A stretch of 64,000 nucleotides of DNA from Fimicolochytrium jonesii. Its lineage: Eukaryota. The position numbers and the translations under genes were made by a program. Below the pieces are notes generated by a model. The model ran no database searches and was not told the DNA's origin. It worked only from the letters and a program-made list of their open reading frames with translations. The stretch covers positions 496,001 to 560,000 of the forward strand of contig NW_026515678.1 in assembly GCF_025526975.1 (NCBI RefSeq), written 5' to 3'. Shown here piece by piece: positions 21,601-38,280 of the stretch (the stretch's first letter is position 1; every line of letters begins with the position of its first letter).

Positions 21601-24345
21601 TCGCGGAGTGCGCTGCTCAGGCGGTTGAGCGGCGGGAGGTCTCCTTTGCGGGTGCTCGGTTCATGCCTTCTCAAGGCTGTGGAAGGAGTAGTCGTCATCA
21701 AGCCGAATGCTTCAGTTCGACAAAACAGAAGAGTAAGCATCGTTGTCGCCACATAACCAGCGCAAGGCTATCCTGACTCACCTGTCAATCCAGACCTCAG
21801 GCCCGGCTGAGCCCTACCACCATCCCAAACACCGGTAACGTCTGCAACGATATCCTTCAAAACGTCTTTCGTCTGCCCTGCACCGTCCCGTTCTCGGGTC
21901 CCTTCCAGTCGAGCTCCTCCTACAGCCGCTAATCCTTTGAAGACAGCACGTCGCATGTTGATGCATTCGTGCTCGATTAAGCTTGCTAGCAGAAAAGCAG
22001 CTGATTTGACGGGATTGGGGTCGGTAGCAATGGAGGTCACAAGCTCGCGGGGCGAAGGTAGCAGCGGATATAGATCTGGGGGGGCAAACGAGGCTAGGGC
22101 TTTCCAAGCCGCTTCACGGACGTCCGAAGTATCGTGCTTCGTCAGTGGCATAAGACACTTCTCGATAATCTCGGGCTTGAAGGTTAGGTATGCTTCCGAT
22201 TGATCGTCTTTCGCCGCTACCAACGCATAAAAGGCGCAGATCTCCACGAGAATTCCGGCCGGGAGAGCCGCGCCCGATTGTCCGACGTAGTGATGCATGA
22301 ACACATTCCAGACCGCTCGAGGATCTGCTACATCCTCCTCAACACATATGTTAGTCGCTTGCAATGCATAGACTGCAGTTGTCGGATGCAAGTCAGTCGA
22401 CTGCAGCAAAGAAAACAGCACCGGCAATAAATCCTGGCAACAGTTTGCGGCTCTCGTTTGACAGGCATCCCTTATTGTGACTGCGATTGTCACTTCCATC
22501 TCGACCTCATCCGCCCACGTTTGCTTTTGAGCCCAACGAATCGGGCGTCCGTGTTTTCTCCGTTTGACCCAGGTCACCAGGTGTCCCTTTAGCTGGGGCC
22601 AAATCCTCGGCTGCCTCTTCCAGATTTCGAGCAAGATGCGGATGCCGATGCCGCCCAGGGGACTAGTTCCGACGTCACTTCCGTTACCGAGGAAGGATTG
22701 CACGACGTTGAGGACGCGAGATGTTACGAATGCATCGTTGGCCTCCACTAAGGAGGGGAAAACGCGCAGAAGGATATGCATTTGGACACGCGCAGATGGG
22801 TCGTTCTTCAAGTTGTAGAGCAGAAGTGGGAGAGCCGACATGCATAGGGAAGGAGATGCAGGGAAGAGCTTCGAAAGCTTCGTGAAAGCTTTGATTCTTC
22901 TGTCTTCGTGCGCATGGAATGTCGATGCTGCGGCAATGTATGCCTGAAGCGAAAGGTCTGAGCTGCAGACAACAGGGACTTCATCTGAAGTTTCCGGAAT
23001 GCGCATCAGAGCACCAACAGCGGACAGCAGTACTGCTAGTTTGCCTGAGACCGGAGTCCCATCCAGCCATTTCTTCTAAGAAATCACATCGCATGAATAA
23101 TATTGACACAGGCAAAGTGTTTTGTACATGCAATTCACATACATCAAACGCATTGCTCCCTCCATCGTTCATCTTTCGCAGAACTGCACGTTCTAAGATG
23201 GTGAGAATGTCGAAGGCTTTTCGCTTGATTTGGTTGTGAGAACTCTCTGCCAATGCCTGAAGAAGTGGTAGGACAGCTGCCGACAGCGGCCCTTGTATCT
23301 GGAAATTGTCGACCTCCATGACTCGGATCACTTGTAGCATCAGCTGAACGATCACCCCTCCCTGGTCACTGTATTCGGCAACTCCAAAAAGGCAGAAAGA
23401 GAGGGCGGAGAAGAGGCTTAGCTGAACTGCACCGTCCAGTTTACGATCTTGAATGATCAGACGAAGATAGGAAAGGGGCAGTGACAAGGATCTTCCGTTT
23501 GCTTCGCAATCCAGCAGAAAGTTGAGCAGACGATAGATTACGGGCGTCGTCGATCCTGTATCGGTTCTCGACGGTTGCGTGCACAAGAGCGATAGGTTTT
23601 CAAAGATCGTGATCTGCGTAGTGATACAGCCGTTTCCGACAATTGGCAGGTCATCCAGGATCTCACACAAAATCCGAATCAAGTCTCCTGCGCATGCTCG
23701 TTCCGGTGAGGCTCTACAAAGCACTGCTAGCACAGTTGCTTGCGACTGCCCAATGAGCACATCTGGCAACATCGCCGCCTCCAGACACGTGTATCGGATG
23801 AACGGCTCCAGCATTCGGTGCACAATCGTCCCGTCTCCTGCGACATTGAGCATTCTCCGCAACTCGACGATCAAATCTGGCCAAACCTCCGGCCGCGCAA
23901 TCACTAGAGGAACGAGCGGATGTGCTCTGCGAGTTTTTACACCAAAAGGAGTGGCGTATGCAAAGGTTGGCGTCGCTTTCCGCTGTCTTTCCTGGAGTTG
24001 AACGTGTAACGACAGCAGCTCCGACACTAACCGCACCGCATAGGCCAATGACTGCGAGGGTACCGTCGATATCTGCCCAACGACCTGGTTTATGGCTTCG
24101 TGCCAGTCCAATATCCCGTTTTGAACAAGGGAGAGAATCGCTTCCCCACATCTTGCTGCTAGAAAAGCCGAGTTCCCTTCACTTTCGTGTAGCAGACCTT
24201 GCCATAAGAGTTGAATCGGAGAGTGTTTATCACTCAGCTGAGTGGGTCTCTCGGATATCGCCGCCGTAATTGAGATCACTGTCGAACTCTGCAAGCCACG
24301 GAGCCTATGCTGCAATTTTCGCCGCAAACTCTGAAGGTCGTCCAT
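18642..24345 (-). CDS. FOCAD: Focadhesin / RST1-like large ARM-repeat protein, about 4 exons
   Basis: N-terminus (LQSSTV..QLLWQ..RCGEAILSLV..HPLVPLVIARPEVWP) matches my recollection of animal focadhesin. Three long ORFs are joined by short GT-AG introns; last exon ends ..NAWVEIWE*. Confidence 0.82.
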
Positions 24346-24704
24346 CGCAACAAGACCCAACGCTCTTCAAGAACGTGCAATTCCGGGAGGGGTTATGTGA
24401 ACGTCAACTCGTTTTGTAGTCCTTTCCAGTAGGAGCTAACCTCCTCTGCCTCTGCTACAGCCAAAGGCAAACACGAACGCTGGCAGAGTCTCAGGAGATT
24501 TCATCCTTGTCAAAAGGAACTTGAAAATCGTCGCGTCTGGTCCAGCGTCGGGTCCAGCGTTTGGTCTCTGGGAACTCGCTTTACCTCACGATCTTCGCAA
24601 TTGTGCTTGAAATTGCGATTGAAAAGGTACCACGTTGAACCCCTACCACAACGAATATTTCGACTCAGCGCAACGCTTCTTCGCCACCCACATCGACTGT
24701 GAAA

Positions 24705-25036
24705 ATGGTCAAAGATCTCCTTACTTTCACGGTGAAGTCCGTTGTTTATGGCGGCACAATAATAGGAGCGGGATATCTCATAATGAAGGCTACCGTTCCT
24801 TCTAACGAAGACATGGCACAGGTGTGTCCTTCAAATCGTTTGCGGAGAGAACAGCTTTCCTTTGTGAATGGCTGATGTATCTCTCATTGCCCTTCTCGAA
24901 TTATCAGAGACTGAGAGAGTCAGGCCGTGCAAGCCACTTTAACTCACCGGAAGACAAGAAGAAACTATCAGACTTGGCGGCTCTGATAAAGGAGAATGCT
25001 GGTAGCGACAGACCGGCCTGGGACGTAAGAGTGTAA
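24705..25036 (+). CDS. CBP4: Cytochrome bc1 assembly factor Cbp4/UQCC3-like, 2 exons
   Basis: Spliced product MVKDLLTFTVKSVVYGGTIIGAGYLIMKATVPSNEDMAQRL...IKENAGSDRPAWDVRV: one TM helix, then T.P..E....L and C-terminal SD.P.W as in Cbp4. Confidence 0.8.
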
Positions 25037-28031
25037 GTACAAGAAATCATGGGAAGGGAGTCTGATTGGTGGTGGAGGACGGAAGTATTCAACAAATCTT
25101 GATCTGTCTGATAGGATCGATTCCCAACGAAAGTAGGGCGAGACGAGGTGAAGGAACTATTGATATACTAGGGGAGATTAGGGCATAGCACGGGAAGTGT
25201 TTTGTAGATCATTTAGATAGCGACCAGTGAAATTCATGCAGTTCATTGGGCGAAAGAGTTTTTGGAATCCAAAAATCATATTAGCAATCTCAAAGCGCAC
25301 AGTATTGCTGACATTCGCGACGGAGAGCGTTCCTATACGAGGGCTGCGGTGGACAGTGACGAGCGACAGGCCAAGCAACCTCTAAGATTGGCAGATAAGC
25401 TGGGAAACGACAAGCTGGTCACCGAGGGAGGAACTACAAGACGCGCGGCAAGGTCTTGGAGAACGAATCGGAATCAATGGACAAGATATTGATGGGCTTC
25501 TTGGCTTCTTGGCTGGTCATGATCGAGGAATGCTCAAGTGCTTGATGGGAAATATCTGGTCGGTGGCTGTGAGAGAGTGCCTCCGCGATCGGATGCCTGT
25601 TTGAAACATATTCACAGCTGGGTCAAGAGATAGCTTCTGCAGCGGTACTTGGGCGTCCGGAGACACGGCTGGATCGTAGTGCACCTGGGCACACCGGGCG
25701 CGCTCTCGTGCTCTCAAGGGGGAAGTCTGCGGGAAGGCTTTTACAACGCCGGGCAAGTACGCCAACCATCTGTACAGCACATCTGGCCCAACTTGACGCT
25801 CACCGGCGAGCCGGGATGTCATCGAGTCTACCGTCTGGGCCGCGCAACTAGCTTATGCGGGCGGAGGGGTACAAGTCATGAGGCCAACCCACTGTGGCCC
25901 CTGCCCTCGTCGGCGCCATGGGCAAGAGACACATTTGGAGACCTGGATGTGATGCCGGTGAATGGAGGGGCAAGTAACGGATTACGAGGTTGCCCATGTC
26001 GGCAGTCTGTTGTAGGCTATCACACATCATAGTGAGCAGCAAACGGCAACGGTGGCGGTGAAGCAAGGGAAATGCCAAGGCCCGAAGGTAGAGGAGCCAC
26101 TGGTAAGAAAGGCGTGCTCCAAGACGAAGCAATTGTTCCGTTGCAGCTCAATTTGTCCATCGATGAAGCAGGCGTTGAAGAAGAAGCGGTGCCGCTGCGA
26201 CGAAATGGAAGACGTTGGGTCTTCACAGAAGTCCAGGACCCGCCCCTACGTTAGGGAGCTCAAGGTGGCGTTTCTCTGTCGGATGGCATACGTCGCCTGC
26301 GATAAGGGAGCGGTCATCCCCGCCCAGGCCAAGGGGTGCTGAAGATGATGGTGAAAGACGACGAGACAGATCTCCGCCTTGCGTTGGCCGACTATGTCAA
26401 CAGCGGTGACAAGGCAGATCCCAGGAAAATGATTGACCGCATCGTGGCCCCCCCGCGGCCCCAGTGGCAGAAGGGTTTAAAGGCGATGGAGGGCGAAATC
26501 TGCCGCGTGACGATGAGGACGGCGGGGTCCTTGACCGGGCCTCCCATGAAGTGCGGTATCGTCGTAGATCAAGAACGCTGCAACGTGACTGTCGGAGATC
26601 TCACTGATGCCGCTCGCCATTTGAAGGTATACCACGGCCCTCCTGGCAGGAACCGGAAAAGGAGAGAACATCCGTGAATGCGGTGTTGATTACTGCCAGC
26701 TCTGCTCGACATGGCTTGTCGGGCGCCATGCATTCAAAGCTACACGTTGGGCTGCACCTCGACAGCGATCTTGCCGGATGGACCCACAACGGCCACTCCT
26801 TTGCATCTGATGCGGTAATATCGGAGCTTTGCCCTCGTTGGGAATTTGACGAGTCCCTGCACGCAGTGGAAAGGACGAAGTCTCACTCGTCGCCTTCATC
26901 TGGTCGCAGCGGTGGTCGGGATCTCATTATATACCAACCGCCTTCCACTTGCAACTAAGCAGTATTCCCGCTGTCAGTCGGAACTGACAGCACAGCTGTC
27001 ATGGGCTCACGTGATTTTCCCCAAGCCACCCACGCCACATTCGTCGTTTCCTCCCGCCTATAAAAAGGGGCCCGTAGCTGCAGCCATTTTTGAAAATCCA
27101 AAAGCATCGAATGCAAGCCACAGTCGTCCCTTCCTTAATAGGGTCGGATTGCCAGGACCCATAGCGGTCCGTCGCATTCAAGACCAAGGTTTACCAAGGG
27201 GCTCTTATAGGAAGTGATCTCGACGCTTTGGCGAATGAGATGATTCGCGCTCCGATGAGTCCCAACATTTCAAAACGATTAGCCATGTGTAGTGTGCTGT
27301 TAGTTTCCGATTCGACTCCAGACGTCTTTGGACGGCGTGATGTGCCCGGGGGCGATCGTGCACATGTGAAGAGATGAGAGGTTCTGCCTCGGGGAGACGG
27401 CCCTTGCCATCAGAGCCGGTATTTGTGGCTGCCTCGCCTACGCTTCAGTTGTCTCAAGTTGTCGCTGCATAGTAACGAAGAGATGCAATGGCCGATGGGA
27501 CCCTCGAGACAGAATCTTACACCACTATTGAGGATAGTATTTTGCGGTGCTTGAGCTTGCGCTGGACATCACAATCCTCAATGAACGCAGGGAAGTTCTG
27601 CACCACCTGCTTCTAGATGGCACACGTACTGTATCCTTAATCAACGGTGATTGCGTTTCTTTCCGTATTGCTGGGAGGTGATGTTTACCTGGGAGCTATC
27701 CGCTATAGGATTGCTGAGGCCAATAGGATCAGTAGTCCTTTCTTTCCCATCTTCATTACTTTATCTGTTACTACAGGGTGCTCCCACGGATTGGGGCAAA
27801 GATCGTATGGCAGCAAAACCTTTCGCTTTCGAGGATGTTGCGCACTTTGATGACATGCCGGCCGGATGGAACTCTAGCTCATGTACATAATCTACTGTAC
27901 GCATCTGACGGCTCTCGATCTGCAAAGCAGTCTTTCATGGGGTATATATGGCCGCAATTCGTTGATCCGTTTCCCAAAATATGTTGTATGGTGAGGGCGA
28001 TGCTAGTAAGCCCCTGATGATACTGGTGGTA

Positions 28032-31000
28032 CTATGGCTGACCCCATCCTCGCAATAAGCTCAGTTTCTCCTCCACCGCCTGCAAGGATGAGAAACGGTC
28101 GTTAGAGCAAGCTCAAACCACCAATCTTACAATTGAACACCATAACCAACCTGCAAAACAACCTTCCGATCTGTCTCCATCTCCAGCGCATCAATCTCAC
28201 CTTCCAAAACATGATACAGCACTTCCAGATTCCGCACATTCATCCCGTTCGTCAACGACAGCAAGTCCGTCCGCAATTTTGCCAGGTCTCCGCCTAGTTG
28301 CGCGACTTCTCGTTGCGGACGGTGGGGAAGGGTCAAGTCTTGTGATTCGGCTATCTCCATGTGGGAGGAGGTGTTGTGCCCGGGAGATCCGGATGTGCTC
28401 GAGTTCTGCGTAATGGCTGGTTCCGTGGTTGATGGAGGGTTTGTGCTCGCTGCGGTGCGTTCTGAATCTGAGGATAGAGAGAGCCGCCGCCGCTTATGTG
28501 CCGATGAAGGTTTGAAGAATGTTCCTACAAAACCAACGTACGTGTGAGATTTCCGTACAGAAAGAGAGCACAACAGATACAATGGCCGTTCCTACTATTG
28601 GATTCTGTGCCATTGGATTGTGTGCCATTCGATACCGTCCCCGCCGCCTCGCTAACTGGTGGCACAACCTCTTTCGCGCCTTCAACCTTCCTCCACAGCG
28701 CCGCTTGTAAGTAATTCAGGCGATACGTGCTAGGGATGCTTTGCACGAATGCATGAGCGTCGTCGCGAAGTTCATGTGCCTGCAAACCCCGAGTTAGCTT
28801 CTTTCTCCCTATGCCCTAGCCCCTCCCCAGTGATGATAATTAGCCGTACCTTGTGTACAATCTCAGATCGGGGATAATTATACTCCGACGCATTCTTCCA
28901 TATCTGCTCAATGTCCTTAAGCCAATCTTCCGGAGTCTCATATTGGTCCGCATCGAGTTTCGTCATCATCTCCCCCATATCCATCGGTTCAGTAACCACC
29001 TCCCTATAGTCCGAGTACCGCGACTCATCCACCGGGTGACAGAAGACGCGATACTTGGTCTTGCCGATATCCTTGTGGAACAATCTCAGCCGTTGTTTTA
29101 AGTCTTGCAGCACGTTCCAACATTTGGCTTCCATATTCTTTTTTTGGATGTTGGTGAGCACGGGGAGGGGTGGGCCTTCGGCTAATGGAAGGATGGCTAG
29201 AGCTGTTGGTGGGATGGCTGTTTGCGCGGAGTCTGGTAGTGTTGCTATGGACTCTAGTAACGGTTCGAAGAAGAACGCGCGCTTTTCCTGGAGGAGATTC
29301 AGCGGATGTTGGAGATTTTGGAGTCAGGAGCTAACGCTTCTCATGAGGCTCTCATACCTCCGTGGGAACACTCATCTCGAATATTGCCCGGAATCCAAAC
29401 AACGCATTGATATCGTCTTCGGTACCATTCATGAATTCCTTAATTTGGTCGCTGATCTCGCTCGTCGACTCCCAGGTCGCAAACACGAGAATGGAATGGC
29501 TTGCGATGCGTAGTTGATCATGCAGAAAGGTGATCGATTCCGCCGACCAGGAATCAAAGTTCTGTAGGACAATGCAAGGGAGTGCTTCGTCTCTTAATGC
29601 ATAAATCGCCGAGGTGATACTCTGACTGTGATGCTAAGAAGTGTGTCAGCCGCCCGTGGCTTCCAACGGGCATTTTGATATCTCACGTACCTCGGAATCC
29701 AGGACATTCTGGATAATTTGCACCCTGAAGCCCCACTCCATCAATTGACCCATTGCCATGGACGAGATTTCCATCTGTCCAATATTAGGCGGCCCAGCAA
29801 CCATGACGCGTGGTTGTATGGTGGAGAATGCAGTACCAGCTGATCGTCGACTGAGAGCCGTATGGATCACCCGCAACCGGCGAAGGACACCATCCCACAT
29901 GTCAGAGACCAGCACTTGAGCACGGGACGATGGTGGCGGGCCGTTTGCATCGCCAATGCTACCGCTTGGCTTCACATCTGCATTACGAAAACTTTTAGTA
30001 CCCAATACCCTGGACATTCGAGGAACGTGCTGACGTACCTCTGAGGGCTTGATCAAAATCGCGTTGTGTGACCTTGACGAGCGCCGGATCAACATGCAGC
30101 TTCTGAGGAGCGGTATATATTTGGGGATATGTCCTTCGCAGAGCTTTGAAGTATGCGTCGTTGCATAAAGACTGCAGGAAAAAGAAGAAACCGGTCAGCT
30201 CAGGGTCCTGGCTTCAAAACGCTTATAGCATATGCAAACCTTCAAGTCCGCGCCACTATATCCATCGGTTGCACTCGCAACCCGTTCCTTCAGACCCTGC
30301 TCGAGCTGGAAATGCTGCGTTCTGATGTCGATGATCTTTTGTCGCGCGCCCCGATTTGGCCGCTTGAACTGCAGACGTCTATCGAACCGGCCAGGACGGA
30401 GTAATGCTGGATCCAAGGTGTCCAATCGATTTGTAGCTCCGATAACGATGACACGGCCTGTGTTTCCAGTAAAACGAGTTGAACACTTCCATCATCGGAT
30501 GCTTTCGATTAAACCCAACTCACCTCTATCTTCAAGGCCGTCCATTAGCGTCAGCAACGATGTGACCACCGAGTTGTGAGGCGTCGCGTTCTCCCCGGAT
30601 GATCGAGCCGGTACCATGCCTGTGCAATCGCAAAGTCAGTGCCATGCTATAAATGCCGTCGACGAAGTACTGCAACTTACCGTCAACCTCGTCAAAGAAG
30701 ATGATAGCTGGCTCATTTGCCTTAGCTTGATCAAACAGCTTCTTCAAGTGCTTCTCTGACTCGCCAAACCACTTCGAGTGGACGTCGGCCGCTTGGCACT
30801 CGAAGAAGGACACTGGGACCTGGAAACTCGAACAGCTCGAAGCGATGGCTCGCGCTAGATGTGCAAGTCAGCATGCTTCTCCCACAAATAATTCACGCCA
30901 GCGCGTAACATACCCATCAGTGTTTTCCCGTTTCCTATAAAGGAGCTTCGGTTAGAACAGGTACGTCTTCCCCTTCTCAACCATATCGTCATATCTACCT

Positions 31001-32310
31001 GGTGGTCCATAAAACATGACACCTTTGATAGGATCCGCATTTCGTGCCAACTCAGGGTATAGGAGCGCAATCTTGATCATCTCTTGAATTGTCTTGACGT
31101 GTTCTTCGTGACCCCCAATCATATCGAAAGTGACTCGGTTCTCTGTGAACGGGAGAGAAGCGGGGAAGTCGTTGTTTTCTAAATGCGTCTGTAAGCGATC
31201 TTTGTAGTATCCTTGCGTGACTTCGGGTAGTTCCTTGAGGAGAGCGGTGCATCGCGCGTATTGTAGCATGGGTTTCCCCATGTCGCCCTCATCATCTGAA
31301 TCGTAGGTGGGGCCTCCTCCCGTTGTTGCCATCGGAATTTTGCGTGGCCTCGCTATGTTGTTGGGAGAACCCCATGGTCTTCCACCATCTGTCGAGTGAC
31401 GAGGATGTCCTTCACGTATATCCATTTGGTCCAGCAGCATTTTGAAAACGCGGCCCTCATTGTAGTCAACAGCCTGGCGGTTTCTGCTGGGGCGCCCTCC
31501 GCTGGTTTCGGTCATGTTGATATCGATCTCATCGTTACGCCGCCTGCCCCCATAGTCCACAGGTTTCCGTTGACGGAACGCGTATCGCGAACTTTCGCCT
31601 TCTCCAATATCAAGTTCCGCGGTCGTCATTAAATCATCAGGGTGCCTGTCATCGGCGGGTAGCTTCCGCTTCCGAAGGATGCGATTGGTCGATCCGCCTG
31701 TTAGAGGTGGCATATCGGTAGCCCCGGACTCAGCGTCGCGCCTTGCAAATGAGAGTCGCCGAGAAGAGCGGCGGAAGTCGGCGCTGTTGTCTTGTTCATC
31801 TTCGTCGTCCCCATCATGCCCATTAAGAGCACGAGGTTCCGTTGGCGATTCGGCTAGAGACGTCCTCTCCGCGGTTACTGCGGCAAACTCTGTTGACATG
31901 GAGTTCCGCGTGGCTCGCCCATGACTTTTTGCGGGCGCAGGGGTTTGAGGCGGATAGGGGTGACTTCTGGAGCTCCGCCGTGTAGATGTTCGTACTACAT
32001 GGTCGGAGGATCTGGGATTTCTCAGCTCTGCACTTTCATCGTAAGATACACTTTCATCTTCAGCCGAGTGTGCCCTTTCGTCATAGTAGCTTGGGGTGCG
32101 CACAGACCGGCCGTAGCGGGTTGTCTTCACCTCACCGTCCCTTTTCCCAGAAGATGGGTGGGAGCTTCTGCGCTCGCGCAAAGCGTTTGCCTCTTCCGCT
32201 TTCCGCTGGTCATCTATAAATCTTCTTGGCGCAGTTTTGGGTCTGGTAGAGTGCCTGCGCTCAGAAGCACCAAAGTCCTCGCCGAAGGCCTCGCCGTCGT
32301 CAAAAGCCAT
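28032..32310 (-). CDS. YTA7: Yta7/ATAD2-like AAA+ ATPase with bromodomain, multi-exon
   Basis: VTFDMIGG, GVMFYGPPG/NGKTLM (Walker A split by introns), SKWFGESE, IIFFDEVDG, GATNRLDTLDPALLRPGRFDRR, degenerate second AAA, bromodomain FCHPVD..DYREVVTEPMD..NASEYN. Confidence 0.9.
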
Positions 32311-32893
32311 GTTGGGGGTTCTACGATTAATAAAGTGTCGACTGTGAGCAGGACAGCGGTTATTCACCCAAGGCGTTTCAGAGCATGTAATTTGACGCTA
32401 TGGAAACTGCTTGAAGCTTCGGATAAGCAGCTGCGATGTTCGTGGGAATCCGAACGTCTATATATGTATAGGCAAACTCAGCGAGCAAGAATTGGAGTGG
32501 GAAGTCACTTTGCTGCGAGAATGCGTTATACCCGGAATGTATTACGTCAGCACTTCGGACATTTTTAACCCTGGGACTCCGCTGTCGGCTGCTGTCAAGT
32601 CTCCATCCATGCATTGGAACCTACTGACCATAGCTTGGGAGATCTCATGCTGACGCCTTTGGGAACAGGAGAACAAATCGCGGGCAGGATTGGAGTCTCT
32701 CTATCGATGCTGCTCGTTTGTTTTCCTCAAGCCCTGCATATATGCGCACTAGCCTGGTTTCAATTCGGATTGGACCTACACAAAAAGACATCATCTCGCG
32801 TAAGCAGTTTATTTGACCTCGGGAGTTCTGGTCATGTTCCCCCCCAGTATGTTGTCCAAGGAATCAACAACTTCTCACAAACATAGAAACAAA

Positions 32894-33145
32894 ATGCCAC
32901 AACTATTGATCTCCCAATTCTTTCCACGAATCGACCCGACAAGCCTACGCCCAGCGGGTCGACAGTCTAATGTCGCAAGAGATGAACTTGAGATTCCGCC
33001 CTCCACTGCGACTCGAAGGTCCTCGAGTCAGCCAACCCTCCACGACATGATGCGAAGAGCAGGCATCGTCATGCTGCGTCCTAAAGCACCCGCTGCCCCG
33101 AAACCTCGACGCAGCAGGCACAGAGAGGATAACTCCCCTGCTTAG
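32894..33145 (+). CDS. Putative 83-aa microprotein with N-terminal PIP-box-like motif
   Basis: ACAAAATG start; MPQLLISQFF fits Qxx[ILM]xxFF; basic, disordered remainder; coding status unproven. Confidence 0.35.
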   Translation: MPQLLISQFFPRIDPTSLRPAGRQSNVARDELEIPPSTATRRSSSQPTLHDMMRRAGIVMLRPKAPAAPKPRRSRHREDNSPA

Positions 33146-34274
33146 GCCAACATCCGGAGATGCATTGACCTCCTGCCCTTACTTGAAACCCCGAAGACGT
33201 ATTCATCCGCCGCCTTCTAAGCGTCGTCGCTGTACAAACACGTACGGTTCGAAGAACTCGGTGGAATCGCATCCGTTGAGAAGGGAGGACATCAAAGATC
33301 TCTTACCGATCTATATATCCAATGTCTAGACTGAATCGAATTTGCAACGAGAAAGCATACGTATCATTTCAATGGGACGGGTGTATGAAGAGAGTGCAGG
33401 GCATAAATCACGGAGGGACTTCGGTCATTTGATCCTCAGAAGTAGTATTATTTCACGTTCTTTTTGATAAAATGACATTTGACTCTGAACATTGATGAGC
33501 TCGCTACATTTGTTTCAGCCCGTCGCAGCGAGCGATGAGCTATTCACTTTATCCAGGCGAACTATGAAAAGCTAATATATACGGCCGACAATGGGACTTG
33601 ACAGATTGAAGGCGTGGCTCGCAGTCAAAACCCACGCACGTCCAAGGGAGCGCACATGGTAGGTATAGAGACGAAGCACCGGCCATCTTGCAAGATTGTA
33701 CACTAGTATGGAGTGAACAGAAGCCTCAGTAGGTACGCAGAGTTTGGAGGGAAGGCTTCGGTTGCGCGCAAACGACAGCCGCATACCGGGCCTGCGAAGC
33801 GGTTGGTTCTATCGTCCCATACGATATAAAAAGAACAAAAACAGAAGCACAATCCCGTTGGGGCGGGTAGCTGACTGGACCTCCGGAGATCGCTCAATAC
33901 CATTGAGAGGATCGCCCAGTACAATTGAGAGATCACGAACCACTGTCGGGAGACAGTGGCTCCGCCTGTGTGCTCGTTTCATAACCCTGCACAGGCAAAC
34001 CTGTACATATCCGGTGTAGAGCCCTGCATCCCGCCCCTGCTGCCGTGTTCCAGACGCCTATTTCTAAAGTACTCGACGTCGCTTCGGATTGCAATTGCCG
34101 GTGTGTGAGGGAGAACGCCCTCTTTACTGGAAAAAATGGCATGAGTCACACGGTCATCACCTGAATAGCTGAGCTTCGAATTATGGCACTTCAAATCCTC
34201 TCAACAACAACCAGCACAACGACGTAAAAGACAAGAAAAGGCCAGGCGAGGAAGCATCACCAGCACTGGGAAGG

Positions 34275-37868
<3,594 letters not shown>

Positions 37869-38280
37869 GAGCGGAATGTCTTGCCAGTGTCCCGCTCATT
37901 GGCACGGACATCGCCGGAACCGTTTGAGCGTATGCGTAACACTTTTCATTCTGCAACGGGATTGTATGGGACGGCGCTTTTTCTCCCACATAACGGCAAT
38001 TGCATCTAAACGGCGTCGCGTCTCATATACTAGCAAATGTGATCTAAATATAAAGTGTGGAGCCGCAATGTTGCATCTACGTGAGGTTGTGGCTGGCCTA
38101 CGTGCTACGGATTTGGAAATGTCAACTACTCTCCGAAAGGTCTCTCCCGCGAAGGCGGGCAGTATGAGGGCGGGAGCAGTGCTGCTTTCAAGGGCCTGAG
38201 GTAGTCCCAAAGACTTCCATGCTGAGTATGATCAATAGCCGTTATGCCGCTATACGTGGAAGCGGACTCTGTCGGCATTA

